Shown here: positions 40,893 to 54,507 of the stretch, one piece after another
How the letters are laid out: the number at the start of each line of letters is the position of its first letter
Position numbering within the stretch: position 1 is the first letter of the stretch
NCBI RefSeq assembly: GCF_000143415.4
Contig: NW_003314330.1
Location: 372,001-436,000, forward strand
Source: Selaginella moellendorffii
Lineage: Eukaryota; Plantae; Lycopodiophyta
DNA: 64,000 nucleotides
Reading direction: 5' to 3'
Notes under the pieces: generated by a model
Database searches by the model: none
Seen by the model: the letters and a program-made list of their open reading frames with translations, nothing else
What the model was told of the DNA's origin: nothing
Translations under genes and position numbers: made by a program

Positions 40893-43800
40893 ATGGCGGA
40901 GCTGGAGCCGGCGCTCAAGAAGCGGCGGCATGAGGAAGCGGTGAAGAATCCATCTCCTCCCGAAATCTCTCCCAGGTATGATCCATCGGAAGACATGGAG
41001 ATGAGTCCCGAGCCTCCGCCGCCTCCACCTCCGCCGCAGCAGCAAGACGACGAGCTGGAAGAAGGCGAGGCCAGCGCTAACGAAGGAGACGAGGAGCTAG
41101 ACAGGGGGACGATCTCGACCGCGGCCAAAATGGAGGAGGAAGAGGTCGTCAAGAGGCGGCACCGCGGCGAGATTCGCAGCGTTTACAGGGCTTACAGGGC
41201 TTTCAAGTCGTGCCTGGCCAGGCACCCCACCATTGGACGTGAGCTCGACCGCGAACTGGAGAAATCCTATGGGACTCTCTTGAAGCTCGCTAATGGTGCG
41301 CATTCTATCCTCCAGAGAGAGTCTGTGTGAGAGAGAGCGAGCTTGTCAGGTTTGTCTAGAACTTTTCTTTGAGCTTTCCTCGTCTCTAGTTTCTTTTCTT
41401 TTTTCCTTGTTGCGCTTGTTTCCTTGTCTAGATCTAGATGTTTAGTTTTTTTTTTCTTTTGATGGTCTAAAGTTTGTGTTTGGTGTTTTTCCAGGTTGCT
41501 CGAGCGTTCGTCGGATTGCAGCGGAGATAATCCCGCGCTACGCAGTTTACTGCCCGACTGCTCTTGACGCGGCTGCAAGGGTAATTTTGCAGATTTGTGA
41601 CTGGACTAGCTCTATTCTCGTGCATGACAAGGCTCACGATGATGTAATCGCAGAAACAGCACAAGCTTGTTTCTCTGGGCTGGTGCAACTGTCCATAGCA
41701 GCTAACACGGTGGCTGGCTCGTTTCTGGGACTGGGTGACATGTGTGCTGGAGTTTGCCGGAATATTGCGTCATATCTGCTTTGCCAGCTGAATGGGAACG
41801 AGCTTCTCTGCGAAGAAGATGAAGAAAGCTCAAGCTCAAGCGCCGGTGGCAGGAAAATCGGCCAAGTGCTCTCGGAGTCGATGTCAAAGCTTTTCCGGAA
41901 CGACCCGGAGAACGTGATTGCGTCTTGCTTTGAGCTTCTCCGTGCCGATGCTCCAGAGCAACGCAAGCATGCTCTACACTTTCTGGCGCAGATAGCAGTG
42001 GAAGAAATAGACGAGAAGAACACAGACACGGAGAAGAAACCATCGCCTGCGACGTCCGGCCTCGTATCGAAGGTAGATACTTTCGCTTGAGTCACTGTTT
42101 TTTCTCACTGTTTCTCTTTCCACTCAGGTCATTCACCCGAGGCCAGCTTTGGAGAAGTGGATTGTTTCTACGGTCCGAATGTTCCGAAAGATCGAAAAGG
42201 CTGACATTGTGGGGGAATGTCTCCCTAAGCTACTGGCACTGGTCAAGTCACTGCGGACTTTTACACCGTCAGACTTGGAACTCGACGAAGAGCCAGTGGA
42301 GGAGAGGTTGCTAAGCAGATCAAGAAGCCGTCTCGTCGTCACTAATCTATCCGACGAAGGTGACAGTTGCTCACGTTCCGTGCGTGCTGTGGACAGAACA
42401 GGCAGAGGATATAGTCCAGACGCAGATGGATGGTACAGGGAACAGGAATCACGTCCAAGAAGATCAGTACGAAGTGTCACCATTGAAAGGCCGTCCGATC
42501 GGATGGAAGATACTACCTGGAGTCGTCGGGATTCTAAATATTCTGACAGCGAAGCTTCACAGCTGAGGTCTTCTCCGGGTGCTATGGACGTCTTTACAGC
42601 CTCGGAAAGTCTCTGGGTTTCTCTGCCAAGTTCCGGGGTGACGGAGTCGATGCTGCAAGCGCAGTTCAGTATATTTGGGGACCTGGACAGCGTTACTACA
42701 GTTAGAGACCAAGGCTATGGGATAGTAGCGTACAAGAACATCAGAGACGCAGTTGACGCACGGGAAGAAATGCAAGGTTCTACAGTGTGGGGGAAGGCGC
42801 TTCGAGTGAGATTTGCAGACAGTGATACAAGGTCAACTTCAAGTTGCCATGTCTGGGTGGGAAGAATCTCCAGTCAGGCTGTCAAGGAAGAGCTGCTCAA
42901 CGAGTTAACAAGTGCCGGGATGAAGCCTCCTGCTTCTGTAGTTACACTGATATCATCCAGCGCTTTGCTGCTCCAGTACGATTCTCCAGAAGATGCAAAC
43001 GCGGTCATGGTGTACGTAAGGCAACGGCGTAGAGAGTCTTATAGATCTTCCTATGGCACTGAAGCTGGCAGTCGACACCTTTGCATTGCTCGCATTGATC
43101 CTCTAGTTTCTGAAGACGACATTCTCTCGGCAGTTTCGCAGTACGGTGAGATCACCGGATTGAAGTTCTCACGTCAAAGCGGGTACTGCGTGATAGACTT
43201 TCGATCCTCAGAAACTGCGGCTACTGCCAGGGCTCGACTCAACGCAGCGAGATTTGGTAACCAAGCCATGGTGATGGACTACAGGAATAAAATGCCGGCT
43301 GAGTCTGTGCTATCGCCTACATATAGCTTGTACTCCCCGCCAGCAAGAACAGCGTCCGGGACATCGGTGGCGGCAACTTTGGAGAACTTATGTAGCAAGT
43401 TCTCGTTGGGAAGTCCGGCTCCAGCAGGAAAAACAAGGCGGAGCAAATTCGATATCATCGAAAATGTTCCGACGAATACACTCTGGATTGGCTTGCCAGA
43501 AAGCGTTCCCCAGGAGTACATGAGTGAGAACGAGCTGCGGGTTATTTTCAATATTGCCTGCGATGGTACTGGAGCCGTGACCAAAGTGCGAAGTGCTCGA
43601 AATTCCAGAGGGCCTTGTCGCTTTGTCGAGTTTGATGGGATTGACGCAGCATCTACAGCGCTCCAGAACATCACCGGGCATTTTGACCCCAGCATTCACA
43701 TCGAGTTCAGGTAAGAGCAGCTCTTATTTTTCATGAGTTTTGGACTAACAGTTATTTCTTTTTTCTTTTTTCTTTTTTTTTTTCTGTAGTAACTCCGTGT

Positions 43801-45031
43801 TGTCTCATGCAAACGATCACCACTATCGCGACCATCCACGAAGACAGGACAAAGCAGCGTCTCGTGCCTGGGATGAGTGCTACCGATCGCCATCGGCTGA
43901 GTTTGAGGAGTGTCGAACGAGGCCAAGGCCGCATGCGTGGGAAGGAAGCGCTTATGACGAAACCTTTCAGTACAACAGGAAGCAGGCATCCCCGGGCGTT
44001 GCTAGCACAATAGGCAGTCCAGTACCGGGAAAGCTTCACTCGCAGCCACCTCCGCTAGCGCCACTACCGGTAAAAAATCTTCCCGGGTATGGACAGCTAG
44101 ACCGAGCAGCGACTTGGCAAGGCTCGTCTCCGCTACATCCAATCTCTCCGGCCGCGCTAACTCCTCGGCGAAGGAGCTGCTCCGTAACCATCGGTGGTAT
44201 ACCAACTTCGCTGTCTTCTCTACAATCACCCGTGACTCCGGCGATGAGAAACGCTTCAGTGAGTGGCAACCGTGATCAGGCAATGCTACCAGCGTCTCCG
44301 GTTCCTCCCTTGCCGCCCGAAGCACCGCCGCCGCCGCTGCCTCCATTGTCACCACCTCCACCGCCGCCACCACCCAGTCCCCCGCCGCCGCTACCATCCT
44401 CGCCACCTCCAAGAGCGCCCAGCGACAGACAGGCTAAGTCGTTCTGGCGCGGGCCACTCTGCAAGAGCGGGCTCCAGTACTGCGAAGTGATGCTTTGCAG
44501 AGAGGATTTTTCAAGCGGTCCACTTCGCGGGTAAGCTTCTCGTATATTTTTCTGGAGCTCAAAGCTAGTTTGTTTCCATGCAGGTGGCCAGACAAACTAG
44601 ATGTCACTAAACGAGCGGACTGGAGGTCTTTGAAACAAACTTTCAACACCTCTCCTTCGAACGAGGCAAGTGTTGCTAAAGACTAGAGAGCTTCTCGCTC
44701 ACTTTTCCATTTGATTTCTGTGTGTTCCAGCGCGAGGTATGCAGGTTGCACGCTTCTCCCGCGTCTGGAGAAAACTATAATGGGGTAAGATCGTAGTCCT
44801 TTTGCTCATTTCTTTCCTCACTACTTTCTTCTTGCACAGTTTCTCCATTTCAAGGAGTACTTAAAGCAGCGAGACCGGGCTGGAGTGGTGAAACTTCCCG
44901 GTGCAAAAGGGCTGTGGCCCCGAATGCTGTATATCTTACCCTGGACAGCGGAAGCCTCTGCCATGCTCGCGGTTTCTGCTGAACCCTCTGATTCCCTCAT
45001 CTGTGTTGTTCTTCCTTGTCCTCATCAATAG
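40893..45031 (+). CDS. RRM- and SPOC-domain nucleic-acid-binding protein, multi-exon
   Basis: N-terminal EPALKKRR..RRHRGEIRSVY, several RRM-like units (LWVSLP..FSIFGDLDSV..YGIVAY), a Pro-rich linker, and SPOC-like WRGPLCKSG..WPDKLDVTKRAD..YLKQRDRAGVVKL. Confidence 0.82.
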
Positions 45032-45107
45032 CTTAACTTAACATCCTTTCAGCTGCAAGCGGCTTGGAATCGAACCTCGGTGAGAGCCGATGAGAGAGAG
45101 ATAGCCG

Positions 45108-45932
45108 ATGGCTGGACACAGGTTGTGGCTGCTCCAGCACAGCTCGCCGGCTTCGTTCCAGATTTGCAAGCCACGCAACAGTGGTTTCTCGTTGAGCAGG
45201 AGTTTTTGCAAGGTGTACAGCAGTGGTGGTGGTGGTGGTGAAGATGGAGGGGATAAGAATGCACAGGATGCTCTGGTGGAAATAGTGAGGCTCCAGAAGG
45301 GACAGATTGAGGTGGACGAGTTTGTCAAGGAGAAGGCCGAGCTGCTCAAGAACATCGCGGATGGAGCCAATGACGAGTACCAGAGGATTGCCGACGATGT
45401 CAACAAAGGCCTGGAGGAGATTGGCTCCAAGGTGAAAACGTTTTGATTCTTCTCGATAGTTATCATGTTCTCTCTCTCTCTATCTCAGGTGATTGAGAGC
45501 ATGGAAGCCGATGTTGGCGAGCTCGAGCAAGAGATGGCGCAAAGCAGAGCACAGATTGAAGCCGACGAGCGTGAATTCGCTGAGTTTGAGAAGAAGCTCG
45601 TCCAGGACAGGAGCGAGGGCCTTTTTTTCAAGTCGCTCTATCAGCCGCTCAAGAAATCGAGGAAGCCACCGGCGGCCAATCGTCAATTGATGGAGGAGCA
45701 GACGAAGAAAGTCGAGAAGGTGACCAAGCGAGCTGCGAAATCGTCGTCGAGGATCACGGTGTATGCCGCTCTTGCTATACTGCTGACGCTGACGATCGTG
45801 GAAGCCATTGCGACTGGCGAGGAGCTGTACAAGGTTGGTATTTACTCGGCGCTCCTGCTGAGCTTGGTGTTGCAATTTGGATACGAGAGGTTCTTTGCCA
45901 ACCAGAGCGAGGTGGACAAGCCAAAGGATTGA
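45108..45932 (+). CDS. Uncharacterised plastid-targeted coiled-coil protein with two C-terminal TM helices, 2 exons
   Basis: Transit-like N-terminus, acidic coiled coil, DRSEGLFFKSL, two hydrophobic segments; GT-AG intron 45432-45488. Confidence 0.7.
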
Positions 45933-47122
45933 ATGTCCACACCTCGAGCCGCGTTAAGTTGACAGTCATGCTGTTAGAGCCTCTTCCTCCTTTTGTTTCC
46001 TTGCTTTTCTTTTGATTACCTTCACTGGATGTGACTGCAAGGAAAGAAATGTTGAAAAAAGAGAAAGAAACTATAAAGTTATGACCTCTTCTTGAGAGTC
46101 CGGCTCTGCCGCTACCAGAGAAATGTTCTCGTTGTTACTGTTTACATAAGGGGCTGCTTTGTCTCCCTTTCTCTGGCCACAGAAGAAGTTCATCAAGTCT
46201 GTCAAAATGTTTGGAGAGCGTACCTTATATGATCTCTTTGGTGGCTTGCAAGCATCGTCTTTTTGCTTAGCAGTAGTGACTTCTCCCACAACCTGCAAAC
46301 CGGGTGAATTAGAACGAAACTCGTATCAAGTTCTTGAGAAGTGCTACGTTGTTGTCAGAAATTGGCATTTGAGTTTCCAAGCTCTTTCCAGCCTTGGTCC
46401 TGGGTTTTCTCTTTACAACCACAAAAACACTGTGAGAAACATCTTTGATTATAGATTCAATTTCACTCACCTTGGATGTGTTAGGATGCCCACCAGAATC
46501 CACGTTCAGTTGGCATTCTGCTGCACTAGACGGCTGCAAGAAATCACCTTCCATTAGACCTCGAATGTCTTTGCTCTCCTGTACTTGAATTTCGTTTGGA
46601 AATTCCAATGTAGTCGCATTAACTTCGGGAACTGCACGCGTTTTCTTCTACGTAGAAAGAAATCCGTGTAAGCTCAACTTGTTTCGCTTCAACTGACCTT
46701 AGATTGTCTCTTTGGTTTTGGTGCTGCGACCACGACTTCTGAAACCTTTACAAAAGCCATCGTCGTTATCCACATGGATTATCCAAAGAATTTACCTTGT
46801 TCTTGTTCTGGATACTTCCATGAATGTTCACGGCCTTCACTAATTCTATCGTCGCCTCTAGTTCTTGGCCCTGGCAAACAGGACCCAAGCGGCATAGTTC
46901 GTCTTGTACCTCATCCTAGCAATAACATCAGTCTCCAACAATGTACTGCTTTAATGCTACCTTAATCGTTCGACACTCCTTAAGATTGATGTCGGTCATT
47001 CTATGTACCTAGAAATCAACAGAGCATGAAAACGAGCTGAGGGATAGAAAAAGAACGGTTTCGTACATTTGAGCTCTCGCCTGATGCGCGTGTGGACGAG
47101 CGCCTCTGCGTAGAAAAAAGAA

Positions 47123-50100
47123 TTACAAACGTTTGAAGCGAAAGTAAACAATAAGTACCTTGTATGTAGATCCTTGGTCCACTTTTATTGATCTCTCCAG
47201 CAAGTCCAGAACCTTATTGGCAAGATCATCAGCCGGTGTTTGTGCTTTAGCTCCAGCATCTCCAGTATAACACTGGAACAGCTTGAGCACTTTATCCGTG
47301 TCAATGGACTGTTCAGGCGGTTTTCTCTCGTTCACCGCAGAGAAATAATTTCCTTCTACTGGCAAGGACGTGGTTTCACTGGCCGCCAACTTCTCGCGGC
47401 CGGATGAATCTACATCGTCTTGTTCGATAGTGTCTATGCCGATCGTGCAAGGTGCCTGCTCGTAGTTCACGGATAGTTGCTGCAGATTAAGTCCCCGCTC
47501 TTGATGTTCGTCCGTTACTGCGCGTTGCGTGTCCGTTTCAGCCTCGGTATCGTTCGTACTGAATTCGGTACCACGGCTGGAGTTGTCAGGGAAAACTTCT
47601 TCTTGCCTGTCCAGAGCAGCATAGTCCTCGGTGCCACAGCTGGGAATGTCCTCGTTGGCTGACAGAACTTCTTCCCCCTGCTCGATCAGAATTGTCACTT
47701 CGTCTTCTACAAGACGCTCCTCGCTATAAGCGTAGACTGATGTTACATGCATCCCTTGGTCCGCGACTGTTTGCTGCTCGGATAATTCCGGTGTCTCTAC
47801 TATGATTTCCTGAGAGGTTCCCGAGACAGATAATTCCAGTGTCTCTGCTGTGATTTCCTGAGAGGTTCCCAAGAAATCTGCCACCTCCTGCTGTTTCGCC
47901 AGTACTTCCGAGCGTGTAAGTCCGAAGGTTTTGGAAGCCAGCTTGCGAGTAGGACGCTTGACACGCTTACGCGATCTGCGACCAAGCTTTTCCTGAGAAC
48001 GAGAGGCTTCCAAATCTGTTTGTTCCTGTTGTGCGGGGATACTCTCTACGTTGTCACACCCTTTCTCGATGCACAGTGTCTCAGCTTTATCCCTTGGCGA
48101 CAACCACCTTCGGCATATGTTTCTGAAGAAACCGGAAACTGATGCTGATAGCCAAGAGTAAAGTGTCGTCGTCTGCTCTTCTACCGCTACTAGAGCATAA
48201 TCTTTCTTTGTTTCCTCCACGAAGGGCTCGGAAGAAACACTTTCGTGCTTCTCAGTTGCGTCAGCTTTGCCTTGCAGAGGGATTCCCTCTTTAGCAGCTT
48301 CAGCATTTTTGGATACCTTCGCGACGGCGTCTTCTGTGCCTTGCAAAGAAGCTTCTTGCTTATTTTCATCAGCTTCACCAGTCTTGCCTTCTAGCTTCGA
48401 AGCCGATATCACAACCCCTCTCTTAACTGGGAGATGCTTCCTGTAAACTGTTCTTGAAAGTTCTAGCTTCGCACTCCCCTCTTCATTCCATACGAAAATA
48501 TAGCTCCACCGGTCGCTGATATATCTTCGTTCGATCTTCACCATCTCTGGCAGGCTTAGCAGGAAAGGGACGATCTTCGCATGTCCATAAAAGTTGGGCT
48601 CCAAACGTATGTTTCTCGCCACTAGTTGGGCATGGAGCTCGGCCAGCCATATTCCCTTTGGATACTGACGAAAGAGGTCATTCAGCTGACTTAAAACCTC
48701 CATCGGATACTCGGCTCTCTTGCTGCTCTTCATATCCGACGCTGGAGCCGTCGACGGGAAGAACACGTACGACCACGTCTTGTTGTCCTTCATAAGCTGC
48801 CTCTCCACCCTCACAAGGCGCGGTAAAGTTAGAAGATATGGAACCAGTTTCTTGTGACCATAGAAATCGCTGTCAAACTGGATCTTCCGGGAGAGCATTT
48901 GTGCCTGAAGATCTCCCAGCCATAAACCTTTTGGGTGAGCCTTCAAAAGCGTGTCTAAGTGACCAAGCACGTCCGAAATACTCTCAGTTTTGCTGGCCTT
49001 CTCAGCACGCCTCGTGTCGGGAGCAGGGTTCACTGACTTTCCGGGAACTGAGTTTGCCTTGAACGATATAGTTTCTGCGGACTTAGTTGTGAAAGCTTGC
49101 GCTGCTGCTGACTGCGGCTTGGTTGTGGAAACCTGCCCTGCTGCTGGCTGCGACTTAATCATAAGAACTTGCCCTACTGGTGGCTGCGACGGCGAAGGAA
49201 CAGATGGTGAGAGTGGCGCCGAAGACACGGAAGGAAAATTCGGTGAAGAGACAGAGTATGGCGATATATTAGGAGCTGTTTCGGACAGAGGCAAAGGTGG
49301 AAGCACGGATGGAACAGTACCGAAGGACGAAGAAGACGATGACGATGAGCACGAGAATGGTGGAGGAACCGGAGGACACGAAAATGGCGGCGTTGAGAAG
49401 TAAGGAATTTTGTGTTGCTGGCTGGACTTGGATCCGCTATCAACCTGACTGCTACCTCCGGGAGATGGAGAGGGTGGTGGTGATGTTTTCAAAAGTGGTG
49501 GCAGAATCGGCCTCGGAGCTGGACCGTCAATGCTCCACGACGTCGCAGCAACCAGCGCCTCGCCCCTCACAAGGCTGTTCCAGTACCACACGCGGCTAGC
49601 AGCTCCCAGGAGCGATGGAGATATGTAAGCTCCCGCCGGACACGCTAGTAGGACGTTGTAGTTCCTCATACGGAGCTTGTGGAGAGCTGTGGAGAAGTCC
49701 CGATCTCCAGATATGAGAAACAAATGCGCTGGAGGAGGATTTTCGATCGTCCACAGTATAAGATCCATGAGCAATGCTCTGTCACTCGATTCCGACTCCT
49801 TCCCACCTGGAGTTACAAAGAAGAAAAACGTAAGCAAAGAAAAGAGAGAATTTTTGGACCTGATGGTACGTGATGGAGACGAATTCCAGTGGCCGAGAGG
49901 CTCTCCTGGACACTTCGCGAGAGCTGGAGCATGTCGCCATAGCCGGAGATGCTCACGGGACCTTTGAATCCGCTGGATCGCAAGCCCGAGACAATGTTGA
50001 GCCCCACGCGATGCGCATCGATCCCATACGGCACATTGCAATTCTCGAAATCCCACCACACCCCGATCTTCACTGCCGCGCCACCCGCATCCCATCCGGC

Positions 50101-50300
50101 GCCATAGACCGCGGCATTCCGATCATCGGCGGCATCCACGGCCAGAGCCTGGCATTCCGGAGTGGAAAATATCGAGCGGGAGGGAAGCGATCGATGCTGC
50201 GATGAATCAATCCCCTGAGAATCGCAGGCGAGGAGGAAAATCAAACTACCTGGATGCTGCGGAGGAGGAATGCGGGCTTGATCTTGGCGAGGCGCGTCAT
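47123..50300 (-). CDS. NYN-domain ribonuclease with two OST-HTH/LOTUS domains (MARF1/limkain-b1/MNU-like) and a long acidic tail
   Basis: VWWDFENC, ISGYGD, GGKESESSDRALLMDL, FLISGDRDFS, LRMRNYNVLLA; two repeats of PKG(L/I)WLxxL..FYGHxK(L/I)VP(Y/F)LL. May continue through small exons to ~46071. Confidence 0.85.
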
Positions 50301-50538
50301 GCTCCTCTCCCCGCCATGCCCAAAACCCTGAACCCTAGACCTAGAGATAAACGTGGCTTATGTTTAAAGGCCTTTAAACACGATTGGACATTCTTGTGTA
50401 AAGAATGGACAAAAATTTTAGTGGAATGTTTTTTACTACTTGTCACTGCCCACTGAACCACGTGGACCAACTATTTTTAAAAATATAAACCAGAGCCTTT
50501 TTTTCTCTAGGGCTCTTGGATAGGTCTAGCATCGCTGA

Positions 50539-53264
50539 ATGGAAAGCCAAGGCCTGGCGCTGGTGGATGTAGAGCGCGGCGATGGCAACGGTACCGATTT
50601 CAAGGAGCCGCTGCTGCCGCGCAAGAAACCTCACTTCCCAGTCTTCGCTACGGGCAGTGAGAGTTTCTCCTTCACCGGGATCATCAAATCGGATGTGTCG
50701 AGCCTCGAGAGCTTGGATTACGAGTAAGATCACTTGTCTAGTTCCTCTCTTTCGATCCGATCTGGAATTTTTGGATCCTGGCTGCTAGGATCGTGGAGAA
50801 TGATGTGTTCAAGCAGGATTGGAGAGCTCGCACGAACTACGAAGTGCTCCAGTACGTTATTATGAAATGGACGTTTGCGTGCCTCATTGGAGTACTCACT
50901 GGCCTCGTGGCATTGCTGATCAACTTGGCGGTGGAGAACATCGCTGGAGCTAAGCTCCTTATCACACTCAAGCTCCTTCAATCGAATAGGTAGGAACCTT
51001 TTGTTTTCACTCTTCCTTTTCTTTTCCATGTCGGTGTTCTTATTTATTACAATGAGATCTACAGATATGTGCTTGCAGGACTGCTGCTTACTGGGATCAA
51101 TCTAGTTCTTGTGTTATTTTCCTCGGTTCTGTGCGTCTACTTTGGTCCTGCTGCTGCCGGTTCCGGGATTCCTGAAGTAAAGGCTTATCTCAATGGTATC
51201 GACGCTCCAGAGATCTTGGCACCCAACACCTTGGTGGTGAAAGTAAGTAAGCTTTTCCACACGTAGACTTAAACTCATGTAACGGAGATAATTTGCAGAT
51301 CCTGGGTAGCATAGGGGCCGTGTCCGCTGGATTATGTGTTGGAAAAGAAGGGCCTCTAGTGCATATCGGTGCTTGTATAGCTTCTTTGCTGGGACAAGGT
51401 GGATCAAAGCGATACCACCTCAGATGGAAATGGCTGCAAGTTTTTAAAAAGGATAAAGACCGTCGTGACTTGGTGACTTGTGGTGCTGCAGCTGGAGTTG
51501 CAGGAGCATTCAAGGCTCCTGTTGGTGGAGTACTGTTTGCCCTTGAAGAGGCATCGTCATGGTACCTGATTTCTTTTTCCTTTTTCCTCCTGCGTATTCA
51601 CTCGCGTTTTCTTCACAGGTGGCGCAGCTCTCTCTTGTGGAGAACATTCTTCACCTCGGCTGTGGTTGCCGTAGTACTCAGGATCGGCAGCATGCTGTGC
51701 AAGGAAGGAAAGTGTGGGCTCTTTGGAGCTGGTGGCCTGATTCTCTTTGACGTTAGCGATGTGGTCGTTGGTTTCTCACTTCTGGACTTTCTTCCGGTGG
51801 TGGTCTTGGGTGTAAGCGGCGGTATCATCGGCAGTATCTTCAACAAGCTGAGTTCCAGGACTTGTGTGTTCTATTCGCATTATCTGCACAAGTAAGTCTG
51901 TCACAGCTATCATTGAGCTATCTCCTAATGATTTTGATACACCAGGAAAGGTTCGCTCGCTAAGGTGATGCTGGCATGCTTTGTCGCCCTCGTCACCTCG
52001 ATTTTCTGCTTGTGCCTCCCTGCGCTGGGGCATTGCAGACCGTGCCCGCATGAGGCTCTTATGGCAAACGAGTGTCCCAGCTACGGGCGAACAGGAAACT
52101 TCAAGAAGTTCAACTGCGAAGCTGGCCATTACAACGACCTGGCGAGCTTGTTATTCACAACAAACGACGACGCCATTCGGAACCTGTTCAGCACCAACAC
52201 TCCGCAAGAGTACCATTACGCGTCGGTGCTCATTTTCCTCGTCGAGACGTTCCTGCTTACGCTGATGACTTACGGGATCGCGGTGCCGTCGGGTTTATTC
52301 ATTCCAGTCATCCTCAACGGGGCTTCCTTTGGCCGACTGGTGGGCATACTCATGTCCGCGTCACACAACTTGAAGCTGGACGAAGGCCTGTACGCGGTGC
52401 TCGGTGCGGCGGCTTTCCTCGGTGGCTCGATGAGGATGACCGTGTCACTCTGCGTCATCCTTTTGGAGCTGACCAACAACTTATCGATGCTGCCGCTCGT
52501 CATGCTCGTCCTCCTCATCTCCAAGACAGTGGGAGATATATTCAACAAGGGACTCTACGACATCCACGTCCGTCTCAAGGGGTTTCCTCTGCTCGAATCG
52601 CACTCGGAGCCATTCATGCACCAGCTGACGGCCGCGGACGCGCTGAAGAACCCGCTGGTGAAGATGGCCCGGGTGGAGAAGGTCGGGGTCATCATGGACA
52701 TTCTCAGGAACACGAGGCACAACGCTTTCCCGGTCATCGATTTCTCCTCGCCACCTGGGAAGCCTGTCTTCTGCGGACTGGTGCTGCGCTCCCATCTCCT
52801 GGTGCTGCTCAAGCACAAGGCCTTTCAGCCCAGGAGGGATTCTTCGCTGGACATCCTCAAGCTCTTCTCCGGCTTCGATTTCGCAAAGCCCGGCTCCGGG
52901 AAAGGCATGGTCATTGACAACATAGAAGTGAGCAGCGAGGAAGACGGCATGTACATCGACATGTATCCCATTACGAACGCGTCACCGTATACTGTATTGG
53001 AGACGATGTCATTGGCGAAAGCGTACACATTGTTCCGCCAACTTGGCCTACGGCATCTTTGCGTCATGCCCAAGACCCCACAGGTAAGTTTTGAATAGTT
53101 CTATGTTTCATTGTCAATTAACTCACGCTCTATACACACAGGACGAGCCGATCTTAGGAATTTTAACGCGCCACGATTTTGTGCCGGAAAACCTGTTGAC
53201 GCTGTATCCGTACCTCAAGCACAAGGCTACCAAGGTTCCCAGGCTTTCCAGCTTCCTGGCTTGA
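50539..53264 (+). CDS. CLC: CLC anion/H+ antiporter (CLC-c/g-like) with CBS domains, multi-exon
   Basis: ESLDYE, GSGIPE (Ser selectivity filter), GKEGP gating Glu, GGVLFALEE, GLFIP, FRQLGLRHL, ILTRHDF. Confidence 0.95.
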
Positions 53265-53403
53265 TTCATTATCTACTGTGATTTGTTATTATCCTTCATT
53301 GCAGTGCGATGTTCTTCATGTGTACAGAGGTCGAAACATAATGGTATCAGCGGGATTTTTCTTCCAGTTTTTTAGAACTTTTTAAACTATAAATCTATTG
53401 GCT

Positions 53404-54447
53404 TCAAAACATGTAATAATAATGAAAGATATGGTCACACCCATGTCCATTGATTATGAGACAAAACATGAGCACTATAAATATGAAAAACAAGACAATG
53501 GGCTCCTCAATCGCTCCATAAACAAACAGTATAACAAGTAAAACCACCTCTAAGGAAAGGGCTATGGACGCCCCCTGTTTCATGTCTTCTTCTTGTTCCA
53601 AGCTCGTGAGATCGGCTGGCAGGCTGTTACCGGTGGCATCGGCAAAGTCTTTGAGAATCTTCTTGGCGACTCTTTGCTGGGGATCGAAGTGCTTGAGATA
53701 GCTCCTTGGAGAATCCAGCATCAAAGGCGAGATGTTGACAACGTAGACGAAGGCGAGGCAGGCGTTGAAGAGGTATACGTGCCGCCATGTTGGTAACAGC
53801 GGGATGGCGATCACGGGAAGGAGCACGGCGAACTGGATGCAAACGATTGTCCATGCCGCATTTGAGAGGCTGTGCTTGCCGTGACACCACCGATCCTCGT
53901 CGAAGACGTGGAAGATCCCCATCTGGATGTTGGAGACGTAGCAGAAGAACTTGACGATTTCAAGGGGGAAGGCGTTGGGAGAGATTGTGAGCCAGATCTC
54001 ACATAGGGCTCCAATGAAGAATGTGCAGCTTATGATCCATTTCTTGCTGTGCACGACGTGGGCAAGCAAGCCTGCGTGGGAGAAAAGGTGGCGGAAATCA
54101 AATATTGCGAAGACCAAGGCTTGGAGAATTAAGGACTTACCCATTAAAAGGATCTCCAAGACGATCGAGAAGCCCAGGAATGGCTGTAGAGGAGCATCCT
54201 GATCGCCTCCAGTGATGCTCACTAGCTTAAACGCTAGCGAGTGGTGGAATGTATGTTTTGATCCCCAGAAAACGTATGCCAAGTGAAAGAAACTGACCAC
54301 GCAGCTTAGGGAATAGAAGATACTTTGTCGTTGAAACAGCCACTCATGCTTCGCCCATCCGTGCTCAATCTCTTCCAGTGAATACTGACCATTGCGATTA
54401 GCACGACTAATTCCTCGTAGCAGCCCTTCTTCAAGTCGACTCTCCAT
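53404..54447 (-). CDS. Divergent polytopic membrane protein, weakly OCT/MFS-like (paralog 1)
   Basis: 347-aa hydrophobic ORF; WRHVYL...LMLDSPRSYL...KKILKDFA resembles the MFS/SLC22 WR..ESPRWL region. Confidence 0.6.
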   Translation of the reverse strand: MESRLEEGLLRGISRANRNGQYSLEEIEHGWAKHEWLFQRQSIFYSLSCVVSFFHLAYVFWGSKHTFHHSLAFKLVSITGGDQDAPLQPFLGFSIVLEILLMGKSLILQALVFAIFDFRHLFSHAGLLAHVVHSKKWIISCTFFIGALCEIWLTISPNAFPLEIVKFFCYVSNIQMGIFHVFDEDRWCHGKHSLSNAAWTIVCIQFAVLLPVIAIPLLPTWRHVYLFNACLAFVYVVNISPLMLDSPRSYLKHFDPQQRVAKKILKDFADATGNSLPADLTSLEQEEDMKQGASIALSLEVVLLVILFVYGAIEEPIVLFFIFIVLMFCLIINGHGCDHIFHYYYMF

Positions 54448-54507
54448 AAAATCGCACAGAACCTAAACTTAAACCTTAAATTAATGAATAAATATTACAA
54501 ATCATTA

